The notes under the pieces: model-generated
What the model was told of the DNA's origin: nothing
The model's database searches: none
The model's input: the letters and a program-made list of their open reading frames with translations, nothing else
NCBI GenBank assembly: GCA_965112155.1
Contig: OZ218106.1
Source: Podarcis liolepis
Taxonomy: Eukaryota
Direction: 5' to 3' (one strand)
Length of the DNA stretch: 64,000 nucleotides
Shown: positions 13,901 through 26,769 of the stretch, in pieces
Position numbering within the stretch: position 1 is the first letter of the stretch
How the letters are laid out: each line of letters starts with the position of its first letter
Program-made: the position numbers and the translations under genes

Positions 13901-16900
13901 AAGAGTTATACTTAGAAGCATTCCGTAGGAAAACCAGAATTTTTCCAGGAAAATTGAGGATGAAATGAATGAGAGGAAGTAGATTTCACTGATGGGGGTG
14001 AAGTGGTACCAGAAGGCAAAAATTGGTTGCTGAGTGGCATTGCTTCTTTATAGAAAGGGATGGGGAGGTTGTCTGGGAATAAGGAATGTTTGGGTAGTGA
14101 TTTTGTGGGAGTCTGGGAAATATTTTAGGGGAAGAATATAGCAATTGGAAGAGTTTGGGGCATGGCAAGGGGAATAAAGACAGGAAATCTCTCAAAGAAA
14201 AGAAAGAGAAATGATGGGGCTTGAAAGCACAAGGTAGTGGAAGGGGAGAGATAGGGTCTGGCCAGCTGATGGGCTTGCTGGAGAGGAAGTGGTGTTAATA
14301 CCTGTCCTTGTACTGTGATGCTGGGTTTTGGTGTGTTGGAAGTCAGAGCACCCCTTCAGCAACAAAAGGAATGGAGGGGGGAATCCACAGGAAAGTTTCT
14401 AGGCAGAGGGGTGAGGTTTCCTTGGTTTCTGAAAGATTCCTAGATATTATGGTGAAAGACACCACCTCTTATGCTTGAGTTAGGCTAGAAAATTACCAAA
14501 GATGACAGTGAATGGGTGTAAAAAGCAAAATGATGTCAGCCAGGAAGAGTTTGTCTAAATACATGTTTGCAAAATTGTTTCTAGATTCTGCTGTCCAGGT
14601 AAAATGGGAAAAAGAGATTAACATCTTTGGGGCACTTCTGGCAAGAGCCCCTCAGGCTATTGAAACTTCTTGATTAGTAAATGTGAGGGTTGTGGGGAGG
14701 AAGGTGTAATATTTGGGTGGCCACATCTTGGTTTAACGCTCCTATGAGCCTGATGCTCTTTTGCTTGGTTCCAAATTTACAAATGATGAGGGAGGAATGG
14801 CAGAGGTTACTGTGTAAGGCGACAGTGAATTTACCATCTCTCTAGCAGCTCACCTTGTTTGGAGCAAGCTTGGCTTTCTGTAATGGAGTCTGCCTTGAAG
14901 CTTCTCCAGGTCAAAACTGAAACTTCTTTTTGAGGTGCTGGCTATCATGGCAAAAGCTGGATATCTTTAGGGGTGCTTCAAAACACTTGCTAGATAATTT
15001 TAGTATCAGATCAAGCTGTGGATAACCAAACATAGAATCAAAAGCTTCCAAACTCCTCCTAGCTATATCGGAGGAGAAGAGAAGGTGGAAAGTTTGCTTT
15101 GGCTCATTCCTGCTTGTGTACATTGTACTATGCTCTTAGCAGGACACGTGAACATGGATATTGTGTTTCTCATGTTCTTCAGTCATCATGTCTACATCTA
15201 TTCTTATTGTCATAACTGGCTATAACTTTCTTCAATAAGTAGCAGAAATGAATAGGCTACATAATATGGCACCTAAAATGAACTACAGACACTTCTGAAC
15301 TATATTTTTTGTTTCTTTTATCGCCTTTACAGCACTGATTCTCTGATTATTTTTATGTATCAGCATGTACATTAATACTGATAAAATCTAAGCTATTTCA
15401 ACAACATATACAGTATTTATCTTTGTAGTAATTACTTACAAATTCCAGTAACTTTGTACATTAGATTAATACGGATAGCTCAGAATCTACTTAAATTCAA
15501 ATCTTGAATAACATGGGCTTTATTTCTTTAAACAAAATTAAAGCTTAGCATAATTTCCCCCTTAGAAACCGGAACCTAATATTTTCAGCCAGCAAATGTG
15601 GTGAATATTTAAGTACAAATGCTGTGACAGTCTGAAGAGGCTTCGTCTGTTATCCTGCAGAGGTGATATAAGAGGCAAAAGCAATTTATGTATGCTTTCT
15701 GTCCTGACAGCTGTGACAATGGCTCAAAATGCTAGGCCTGCCAAGAGCTTTTATCAAGTATGTTATAACAACTAGTAATAAGTGTAAATAATAAATGCTA
15801 AGATCTTATGGGAAACAGTGGCAACAGTAAACAGTTTTTGGTGCTTGCTGATGGGGAATCTGCTGGTCTTGGAATTCCCTGGCTTCCCAGTAGAGTTTTG
15901 GCCTGACAATAAACAACAGTTTAATACTTTATCTAATCCCAGCCAGGAGGTGAATTCAGCAGCAAGCTTTTGCAGATGTTCACATCCAATAATCTATCCA
16001 TAATTGATGAAACAGGGAGGTCAGATGTAATGGTTGCTACTACTCCAGCAACAAATAAATGGTTATTGACAAAACAAGCCAGTGTGGCGCTGAGTACTGA
16101 GCAGTGACAAGCCTGAAAACAGTGCAGAGACGGAAGCAGGGATGAGGCTACCATCCTTCACCTTGAGGATTCTTCAATATGATGGGCAGCATAAGGGCCA
16201 CCAAGACACACACACACACACCAGCAGATGGAGAGGATTTCTGAAAGGGGGAGATTCTTCAAAGACAGCGAAGAAAACAATGAGCTAGATGCAAGGTGCC
16301 TGAAGATTCGGGTAAGTAAAAATGCATGCTCTTGTACAGCAGCACTGTGATCCTGATGTCTGAATTGCTTTTATCACACTAATATGCCTACACTTATATA
16401 CCTTGCTGTCAGGATGATGTTGCTTTGTTGATACCATGGTGTGTGTTTTAATTGGTGGGAATATAAACATAAGCTTTGGACTACTGAAGCCAATCAGCAA
16501 TTGAAGGTTTCACAGATATTTGCTGATTGACTTCAATACTCTGAAATTAATGTTGTCATTTCCAGCAGTGAATATCCATAAAATAATAATATACCAGTTT
16601 TCCCCTAAGATAAGGGAATAAAACAATACAGGCAGAAGCATTTCTAAGTAAAAAAACACATGATTTGGATAATCACTTTCTTTTTTTCAAAACTACTGAC
16701 GTTGAAGGAAAAGTTCTCAATCAATAAAAGCTTGCATTTGCAAAGGTTAAGTCCACAGAATTGCAAGAAATTCACTGTACTATTGACTGAATAAAAAATT
16801 AGACCTTTACATGCAAATAAAAACTGAAATCTTGGGCACATTTAAATGAAAAAATACAATACTTTTATGATGTTTAGTAGCTGATATCATAGTGTATAAA

Positions 16901-18768
16901 ACAGTGGAGAGCAGTAGCATTACTGTATTGCTACATGCAATCATAAAAAGATTTCAGTCAATAATATTTTAAATATTGATATTACTACATTCACAGTATG
17001 GAATGGCCGGTTTATTTATTTTACTGTTTACTATCAACATTTCTGATTAGAACTGAAATTATGAAATACATGTCTGTTTAAAATAAATTGACAGAATGAG
17101 CAGGCTTAACTAATATTTCCGGTTTTATTGTGAAAGGGATGCCCAACTATAATTAATAAGTAAAATTTATACATATTTAAAAGTTGAGATCAGATGAACT
17201 CCAGCAGAATAGAATGAGGAAACACTCCCACTTTTTGAACATAAACATAATTTGAGCTCAATTATTTCCAAAATTTTATTAAATGATTTATATTTATCTG
17301 CTTTTAAAAGTCACTGACAAAGTGTTTGCAAGCAAAGTGAGAATATGAAACAAATCTATTTAATTTTACATTGGTACACATTATATATCAGCCATGTAAA
17401 TAAGCCGACAAAAGTTACTAGCCTGCATTTTTTCTACAATCCTGTTAAGCGGCTAGCAGACTGCATTTTCACACTAGTCATGGAGGAAATGACTTTCCTC
17501 CCTCCATGGTTAGCATGGAAAGTATGTAGATCAGCAGAAGAGGGAGAGAGTTATCTGACCCTCCTCAATCAGCTGGGTCACTCTATTGTGATGTTAGCTG
17601 TATAAGCACAAGGCCAGTAGGTGACACTGTGCAAGGAGGCTAGAGATTGCAAGTAGGAAAGTAAAGCTAGCTGTGTTTTTCCACTCCTAACATGGTATCC
17701 TGGCTCTCTCTTAACCCTACTTTGTGTAGGGAGGGGAATGGCAAATTGCTATATTTAAGCTGGTTCTATATCATGTATTATATTTTCTCTACATGAAGAA
17801 CAGCCATGCAGGGTGGAAAAAACATGTATGTCATAGGGCAGAGAGCTGCGGATAGAGATCAAGAGAAAGTTGGCAGTGGAAACAGATAGTAAATTCCTGT
17901 GTATCATTTGAAGCTACTGGTAGCCCTCTAGCACTTGATTCCTCCCTCCCCTAGTAAGGCTTTTTAAGGCAATTAATTTGGCAGGACGGAAGGGCAAAGC
18001 AAGAGAAAGCTAGCATATCTATAATAGAAAGCAAGGAAAGGGTTAATAATATAGTAAACTATCTTATTAATGTTTATATACTGTCCTTGCTTCCCACAGG
18101 GGCTGAGGGCAGTACACAACAGTATAAAAATACTACCATTTACACTACTTAAAACACCTAAAATTGAAAAACTAAAAACATTGTCATACCATAACAAACC
18201 CAATATCAGCAGTGAAGGATCCCAAAAGCCCACGTTTTCCTCCTAATAAATAAAGGTCTTTTTGGTAGTCATGGGCTGTGAACCTTTTACAAAGGAAGTT
18301 GCATAGCATCTATAGCTTGTTTTATAATCACAGGATGTACACAAGTGGACCTAGATGGGCAGGTGAGGCAGGGAGAACAAGAGGATTGCTTGAATCAGCC
18401 TGTGTATGAATTTTAATTGTACAACTAGCTCATTTGGAATGCAGTGGTAAATAAATATTACAAGGCAGAAATTCAACAGATACAGCTTTTCAGATCACCT
18501 GCTTACATACACAGCTATCTTTATTTGTCTGATGCAACTGAAAGGAACAATACTCTACCTTCAAAGCCACACATAATGAATGTCAAGTCAGAGAGACAAG
18601 TCAGTTTTCTGAATGACTTGCTAGCAATGCAAAAAACACTTTTTTCATCTAAGGTGTACATCTACTACATGTTTTACAAAGCTCCTTGTTACCAGGTGCA
18701 ACCATCCACATGGCATCAGACAACTGCAGGTCATTCTAACAAAATTCAGATTATAATTGCGTCATAAA

Positions 18769-19106
18769 AAGGTAAAGGGACCCCTGACCATTAGGTCCAG
18801 TCGTGACCGACTCTGGGGTTGCGGCACTCATCTCGCTTTATTGGCCGAGAGAGCTGGCGTACAGCTTCTGGGTCATGTGGCCAGCACGACTAAGCCGCTT
18901 CTGGAGAACCAGAGCAGCGCACAGAAATGCCGTTTACCTTCCTGCCAGAGCGGTATCTATTTATCTACTTGCACTTTCGAACTGCTAGGTTGGCAGGAGC
19001 AGGGACCGAGCAACGGGATCTCACCCTGTTGCGGGGATTCGAACCGCCAACCTTCTGACCAGCAAGTCCTAGGCTCTGTGGTTTAACCCACAGTGCCACC
19101 CGTGTC
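18769..19106 (+). mobile_element. Sauria SINE
   Basis: Same family with a short internal deletion (tgatgtgct); no clear TSD. Confidence 0.9.
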
Positions 19107-22008
19107 TAACCAAAGTATTTTAAAGCATGCAAATGAGTTTAGCTTCTGTCAGAAGCAACTTTGGTGGTTTTATATACTGTACAGTACAGTAGACAATCAG
19201 GGAGGTCAGAGTTGTAAAAGAGTGGCCATCTTCATTCTTTCAATGCATGCCTCTCTCAGGAGAATCATTTCTAATGTGTGCTAGTGATTAACTGAAATCA
19301 GCGTGGGGAAGGTGGAGAGAAAGTGGCACAAATGAGAACAAGCTTGAACTTTACTGATTACTGTTTTAATGCCAACTTACAATAGCCACCTTGGTGATAA
19401 ACAGCTAGGGGGACAACCCCAGCAAGAGCAACAGAATAAGGCCAGCTCTGGTGACAAATATCTGTTCCCTTTGGACTTTCTGTGGTCAAAAGGAAATGTA
19501 GTATAAAGTGAGAAGTGCATGTAAGGAAGAGGAGTTTGTAGATTTAAGAGCAGAAAATCTTAAGTATTAAGGGGGGAGCCATATGGGGTATCTGTGCTCC
19601 CCAAAATATATGAATTGAGCCACACTGTTACCAGATAAACTGCCACATTCTGCATTAGCTGAAGTTTTTGAGTCATCTTCCAAGACATAGAGTGCATTAT
19701 TCCTGACGTGTACCCAAGCAGCTATCCTGGCTGCAGGGCTGATAGCTGATCATATTTTCCTAGTGCATTATAGACCCCTGTCTCTGAAACCCACTTCTAA
19801 TACAAATTCACCTAGTGCCAACCAGCTGGGGAGGCAGACCTCAGAACACCAGGATCAACTACCCTCTTGTGACGAAGAAAGAGACTATAATCTTTTCGAA
19901 TTCCAGTCATTCCTAAATGCCATTAGGCCCTATAGTTCAACTTGCTCCAAACACACAAGCCTATTTCTATTCATATTTGAGTAAAGTATGCTTTAATATA
20001 TGTGCTTAATGGACAACAGGTTTTGATGAAGGTGACTGTAGCCCATCACCCATGTGCTGTGGCCTGACCAGTGTTTAACCACTTCCTTGTTCTCGAGGTT
20101 CCAGACAAGCAGCGGAAACAGGAGAAGAACAGAGGAAGATACCTGTTGGATCGCACCAAAAGCTTATATAGTCTGGCATCCAGTTCTCACAGTGGCAAGC
20201 CAGATGCATAACACAAGAGCAACAGCGCTCTTCCTACTTGTGTTCCCTGGCAACTATTATTCAGAGGCACATCCCCTCCTGTGACAGAGATGGCTTAAAT
20301 TGCATTTATTAAAGTATCCACTTAAAGTCAGTTTTGCTGTAATGAATACATATCATTCAATCATTAAGCACCTCAAGGGAGAAAATCCAGTTCCAATCTT
20401 TAGACAAGGTGGGCACACAATTGTACTTAAATCAGGCAATGTAATAGTGTCGCCTTTTAAAACTCGTGTTTCAGGTGGATTACCTCGAACCTTTGTTTTC
20501 TGTGCTGTTTGCATTGTGGAAGGAGAGTAATAGCAAAATGGCAAAAGGAACCGACGACAGGCAGAAATTGGAGGCAACAGCATCTGAAAAAAGCTGTGCC
20601 TTTTAGATTCTCCCAGAAGGAGTCTGCTTGAGGTGGCCCACAGAACAAAGGGATAAAGAAGATGAAAACTCTGATGCAAAGCAGGAAAATAACTGTTGAG
20701 ACCCCTGAGTGTATACCTGAATAGTCCCATGCTGTGTGGCAAGACCCTTTTAGCATGCTACAGAAGCTGGTGATGAACTACACATTACCATGTGGCAAAC
20801 TGGCTTCCAGCAGTATTGTCTGCATGTTACAAGTAATGATAACCAGTAGTCCTCTGGGAGCAGAATGCAATGATTTCATCTCTGTAAGCATCTGAGCTCC
20901 CCTTGGATAAAGGGACCATTAAACTGAGAACAGAAGCGTAAATTTTAAGCCAATGATTTCTAATTGGATAGTAAAGCTCACATGTGCTCAATGGAATTGA
21001 AAACAGCAGATATTTTACCACTGTATATATATTGATCACTGTTGAGGATTAGAGGCTTCTATAAAACATTTTTCATTCCTCACTGTGCACTTTTTCTTAG
21101 TAAGCATTGCACTTTATTTTTACGATTCTGTAAATTTCTTCTGTCGGGATATTATAATTAAATGGTATACCACATTTAGTATTACATATATAACATGTAT
21201 GACATGACAAATAATTATAATTATAATTATAATTATAATGGGGACTAACTTTGACTTTAACTTCCTCTGTATTATAATTCTGGTTATTACACTGTTTACA
21301 GGAAAAAGTATTCTAACTAGAAATACTAGCTATTTTAATCAATGTTTGTATGTTCAATATATTCTACTGAAAAAGGAGTGTCAAACTGCTAATCCCATGA
21401 AGTGAAAAACTAGGCTATGGTAATCTTTAAGCAACAGCAATGTTCTTTTGGGTTCACCAAAGCTTCTCAAGTTTGATTTTGACCATAACAATGTGGGAAA
21501 TCCTGCTTCTGTTTTGAAAAAGTATGTTTGATAGCTGGGGAAAATGCCCAAATAGATTTTTAGCTCTATCTGTTTCTGTTTCATTTATTTATCCTAATTC
21601 AGCTTTATGGCCAACAGGAAAACTGTATTAAAACAGCAGGAAGGAAAGTTTATAAGCTGCTATAAGGTATATCTGAAAATTCAGGGTTTCACTTAATGAG
21701 TCTTTTGTAGTACTATTATTTTGAAACAACAGAGAAAAAAATACAATTGAGAATTGCTTCAATCATTCTTAGAAACCAGTTCCTGTGCTTGTATTTAATT
21801 ATCTTAGGTTGTCTGTATATAAAACGAGCTGTCTGAAAACTAAGAATTGACATAGAATTAAGTTACCGAGCTAATAGTTTTATCTCTTTTCAGAATTCAA
21901 TCCATTAAGAGAACAATATATAAACCAAACCCACCACAGATATGATAGCTTAAATAGTAAGTTCAATAATGTATATTAGGTAATGAACCAACTCTTTAAA
22001 AAACTTAC

Positions 22009-22094
22009 TTCTATTGCTGTCTTTTCTTCTCCAACTGTATGATATGCTAGACCCAAACAGTAGGCAGCTTCTCCTTCCATCTTTTTGTTCCCCG
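22009..22094 (-). CDS. TTC29: TTC29 coding exon 6 (86 nt)
   Basis: atttag|CG...GAA|gtaagt; GNKKMEGEAAYCLGLAYHTVGEEKTAIE, TPR motif matching recalled KKMEAEASYYLGLAH. Confidence 0.94.
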
Positions 22095-22772
22095 CTAAAT
22101 AAGAGGTATCAAGGCAATAATTATCATTAAGATTTATCATCAGAAAGCTTAAAAACTAATGCGATGCCTGGTACTTGATATGCATTTCTAAATATCATGT
22201 TTTTACATTAATACTTTATTATTACTTATATCCTCAACCTGTAGATCAGTTGTGAACACCAGTTGTGGTGGGATGGTAGTGCTCACTTGACCTCCTGAGA
22301 AGCTGCTGCTTACCAAGAGAGGGGGAAGGAAGAGGCAGAGGGGAGGATGGCATGGTGCTCCTGCCAGTGGGTTCACACTGCACGGACCTCCCCACTGCCT
22401 CCTTCTTCTGGGAAGCAGTAGCAGCAACTCAGCTGCTGGGAGGTTACATGAATGCTACTGTCCCATCACACTACATTTTCTGTAGATGTAAGTTATCAGC
22501 AAGCAATACCATAACAAAGCAGCCTTCTCCTGTTTTAGTCAATGGCGAGCAGTGACCAGGTAGTTAAGTAGAACTGTAGTGTCAGGAGAATACAAGCTGT
22601 GCTCCAGCAGAAGCTGGGAGTGAGCTGCTTTATCAATCTCTGTGTATCCAGGAGAGAGGGTTCCTCCATATGCAAGTAGGAGAACTATTGGAAGGTCAGG
22701 GCATCTCAGGTTTTTAGAGCCAGCCCTGATTCCAGACATATAAGTGGTAGTTCAATTAAGGATAAAGTTTTT

Positions 22773-22880
22773 GGGTTGTATCAAATTAGGTTCATCTCAG
22801 AGTAAATCCACTGAAATTAATGGGCCTAAGTTAATAATGGTCATTAATTTTAATGGGTCTAGAACTAATATTGGATACTC
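22773..22880. repeat. Short ancient palindromic repeat; related or similar small elements near 12550-12650, 38160-38235, 51535-51618 and 55988-56070
   Basis: ccactgaaattaatg / cattaattttaatgg inverted arms inside gttgtatcaaa / ttggatactc ends. Confidence 0.5.
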
Positions 22881-23566
22881 TCTGCTGCTTCCATGCATAT
22901 TACAACAAAGGTAGCCATTTAAACATGCCCGTGAAATTTACAATTACTAGTTAACTGTTGAGCCCCTGCACAAAACCAACGATTCATCGCATAGCCCCTA
23001 ATATTTACACACTTCTGAAATGAATATGTTTAAATTACACACAACTTCATAACTATACAACTACGAAGGGGGGGGGGTTAGGATTTGCGGCTTAAGGAAT
23101 GTTTCTGCAGAAGGAAGAAATATCAGCATTCAGACCAATGATCTCCAGAATAAATCTTTTTGTTAAAAGCATGCTGAAGAACAATCTTTAGACAAAGGTT
23201 GACAAAAAAGGGAAGCACTGTTTTCTTTAAAATAATCTGCAATCATAAACAGACTGAGTGCAAAGTTCCTCCCATGTCAAGGAGAAAACCAAAGTTTGAA
23301 TACCAAGTACTGGTGAGGTGTGAAAGTCAGAGCAGTACCCTGATTAGTCAAGATCTTCTTGATAGTAGGTATTTATCCATAATCTGGGGCAATGTGTGCA
23401 GTATGGAGCCCACTCTACTTCTCTCAGAATCTTTTCAGCTGAAATGGTACAATTGCTGATCACCAAAGGGTTTCCACAACTTATACTATCTCCAATATTT
23501 GGCTGCAGACTAGAAGCAGGCTGAGCAGACCCTGCTTCAGTGGAAGGCAGACCAACCAAGTGGGAA

Positions 23567-23846
23567 GGTAAAGGTAAAGGTACCCCTGCCCGTACGGGCC
23601 AGTCATGTCTGACTCTAGGGTGGTGCGCCCATCTCACTTAAGAGGCCGGAGGCCAACGCTGTCCGGAGACACTTCCAGGTCACGTGGCCAGCGTGACGAA
23701 GCTGCTCTGGCGAGCCAGCACCAGCGCAGCACACAGAAACGCCGTTTACCTTCCCGCTATAAAGCGGTACCTATTTATCTACTTGCACTTAAGGGTGCTT
23801 TTGAACTGCTAGGTGGGCAGGAGCTGGGACCGAAAGACGGGAGCTC
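23567..23846 (+). mobile_element. Sauria SINE, distinct subfamily, 3'-truncated
   Basis: GGTAAAGGTAAAGGTACCCCTGCCCGTACGGGCCAGTC head; shares tttaccttcccgc and tatttatctacttgcact blocks; TSD ACCAAGTGGGAA at 23555-23566 and 23847-23858. Confidence 0.88.
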
Positions 23847-23899
23847 ACCAAGTGGGAAAGGCCTATGCAAATGGCCACACCTTTGATACTTGCAACCAC

Positions 23900-24590
23900 C
23901 CGCTTAGGGATAAATAAGACACAAGGAGACATGTATTTTAGTTAATGGACTAAATAAGGCCACAACTTTATTGGTTACAGCATGTGAGTGGTATTGGCTT
24001 AGGCACTGGATCAAACAATCTATATATGACTCCACCCTGTTCAGCGGGGAGTCATCCAAAGGTTAACAACCAGTGGGAGGAGCTTGTTGATGCAAATACA
24101 ATTGGAAGCTTCCCCTGACGTCACAGAGGGTCGTGCCATGGCCCTAGCCACCAGCAGGGCATCAGACAGGATCCACGACAGCCGGATTCCTTTAACGGAA
24201 TACCCAAAAAGGGGAGAGGTAGGTGATGGCCACAACCTGCCCTCCAACACACAACACATATTCCAATGCCTAACCGCCAATACCTGAAAAGTTGTGACGA
24301 TTTGCTACAAGGTAAGCGAAAAACCAAGAGGCTGGTGCCAATTGGCGGCAGAATGAGGGGACGGTGCTGCCACGGCCGCTTGAAATGGCTGACGGGCGCG
24401 GCGCAGCAGCTGGGTAATGACGCAGAGGGCCAAACACACACCCCACCCCGCTGACATGGGAACTGGCTCCCGCTTGCAACTCCTCTCCTCTGGAAGGAGG
24501 AGAGGCTATGCTCTACTTCTGCATAAGCAAGAGTGAGCACCACGGCAAAGCAGTCCCCATGCGGCTGAGTTTGTGCATGAAGGAAGTTAA
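23900..24590 (-). mobile_element. CpG-rich retroelement terminal fragment (DIRS/Ngaro-like or LTR-like)
   Basis: Abrupt GC/CpG island in an AT-rich intron; minus-strand AATAAAGTTGTGGCC near its end (23967-23972). Family assignment is from recollection only; boundaries approximate. Confidence 0.5.
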
Positions 24591-24910
24591 GACTACATAG
24601 TATCTACCTAAATCAACTTATCTCTTGAGGAAGTACTCTAATAATTTTGATATTCTGTGAGTAAGTTAAAGTGTATGTATGCATGCATGCATGTGAGACT
24701 TAGAAACACAATTCTTCTAATGGGCAAATCTTGATACATCCTTTTGCCCAGGCTTTGTTTGCTATTTAAGTTGGTTTTAATTATTGGCTTACTGATAAGC
24801 ATTGTCTGGCTTTATTTGTTTATTTAGCTGCGTGCAACTTATGCTGGGACTGCTTGCTGAAGGGCAAGCCATAAATGCATGTAATAAATAAATAAATACA
24901 GTTGGTACTA

Positions 24911-24951
24911 AAACAAACAAACAAACAAACAAACAAACAAACAAACAAACA
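24911..24951. repeat. (AAAC)n microsatellite
   Basis: Seen directly. Confidence 0.95.
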
Positions 24952-25471
24952 GAAGTGCTCTAAACTTTCCAAGTTTCCTAAAACCCTTAGCACAGAAAGC
25001 ACAAAACCCTTTCCCCAATAATCAATCTTTTATCTTAGTCACTAAGAAAGTCACTTTTCACTAAGGTGAAAAAGCTTATCAGCTCTGATACAAACAAATG
25101 ATTTTATTTTCATAATTAGCTGACAGACCAATAAGCAATGCCAGCCAAGTAACAGTGAATAATCAGTGAACAACCGCAACCAGCAGTGCTGCCAGTGACC
25201 TTACTTCCGATTATGGACTCATTGTTTTACAAAAGTACTCTCAGGAGACTACATTTTTGGTGTTAAAAGCTTTCAAGAAATAAATGGATTCCTACTTGTC
25301 AGCAAGCAGGTACTTCTGTTTTACAACAAGATTTAGAAATATATTGATAGCATTTGTCTTGAATTTCATAGAAAATAATCACCAAACACTTGATGTTTTT
25401 TACTTTACTCCTGGGAAAGAACAGGCCTGCACATTAAAGAGAGAAATGCAGGAGTGTTATTTTCTACCCAC

Positions 25472-25684
25472 CTTCTTTTGCCATTTCAAGTGCTTTTATT
25501 AGAGTTCTGATGGCCTGTTGGTGTTCTTTATTTCCTAGCATTTTGTCTGCTAGTAATGTGTAAATTCTCCAGAGATGCTCACAGGCTAGTGAAGTGAGAG
25601 TCTTGCCTGTATCATCTTTCCATATCCGTCCCACTGTCAGTTGATAGAATGCTTCATAATGTTCTGCGGCTTTCAGGAACTGAC
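25472..25684 (-). CDS. TTC29: TTC29 coding exon 5 (213 nt)
   Basis: cttcag|GT...G|gtgggt; [70 protein letters not shown] (TPR-like helices); inside ORF 25464-25772. Confidence 0.97.
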
Positions 25685-26404
25685 CTGAAGAATGTAAGCC
25701 AGTCATAATGATAAGGCATCTACGTAGTTTACAAAATATTCTTGAAGAACTCTCATCATTAGCTACTCCCAATAGGATATCACTTACTGATTAAAGGCAC
25801 AATATTTGAGAATAACATTATGATAAAGGGACAATATTTTGATATGCCAATTCAAAGACAAAAATTTGGGGTGTGTCCACACCAATATTGGAAGAACAGA
25901 CATGCAGATCTCCATTTACACATGTCCAAAATCCGTGCGACCATGTATATGCGCCAAACCTGGAAGTGACCGGAAACATCATAAAGATTCATTGAAGCAT
26001 CACTAAAAGGGAAGAACGGGAGCAGAGTGGGGTGGGGCATTTGCAGGCTTTTTCAATAGGTTTCAATTATACACAATTTCACCGACATTCGTGGTGCCTC
26101 AGAATGTAGCCCCCCCACAGAATGCAGCTACTTGTAATATAGAGCACTACATATTTCTTTGTGCAGAGATATCCTGGCAGTAATAGTTAGGACCAGTATA
26201 CAATATAAAGTAATTGCATGTTTATTTTGTTTGTTATTAGTTTCAGTCTGCAAAGCAAATAAAAATGATTTCTAGACAAATACAGCCTTCAGAAGATTGT
26301 CTATACAGGTACACCTTGAACTGTGTGTTTCTCTTAATTTGGAGTTCACTGGAAATAAAAGCCGACAGTAGATCATTAATCACCAGTACTTACTAATGAA
26401 TTTA

Positions 26405-26769
26405 CCGTATTTTTTGCACCATAACACTCACTTTTTTCCTCCTAGAAAGTAAGGGGAAATATCTGTGCGTGTTATGGAGCGAATGCCTGTGGGTAGCGGG
26501 GGGGATCTGCTGCAGTCGTGAGCAGAGGATCCATGGTTCCCCTTCCTTCCCTCCTCCGTGGTTACAAAGCATGGATCCACATGGATCCTCAGGATTTTTG
26601 CATTGGGCTACTCCAAACTCACTGTCAGATCACATGTCTGTGGCCATAGCATGAACCACAAAAATCATATATCCACTATTTCGTTTAGAATATTTTTTTT
26701 CTTGTTTTCCTCCTCTAAAAACTATGTGCGTGTTATGGTCTGGTGCGTGTTATAGAGCGAAAAATACGG
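26405..26769. mobile_element. Tc1/mariner-superfamily MITE (Tc2/Tigger-like ends)
   Basis: TIRs CCGTATTTTTTGCACCATAACAC / GTGTTATAGAGCGAAAAATACGG; TA TSD at both ends. Confidence 0.88.

Noticed and set aside
13900-14400. NUMT suggested by the G/C strand skew
   Set aside because: I could not recognise any mitochondrial protein, tRNA or rRNA in it.
15090-15170. CT-x8-MDI spacing reminiscent of the avihepadnavirus precore/core junction
   Set aside because: No core homology follows, and no convincing polymerase/RNase H motifs or direct repeats lie upstream; likely chance.
20300-20756. Three overlapping ORFs up to 129 aa
   Set aside because: No recognisable domain, and no place for them in the complete TTC29 exon chain.
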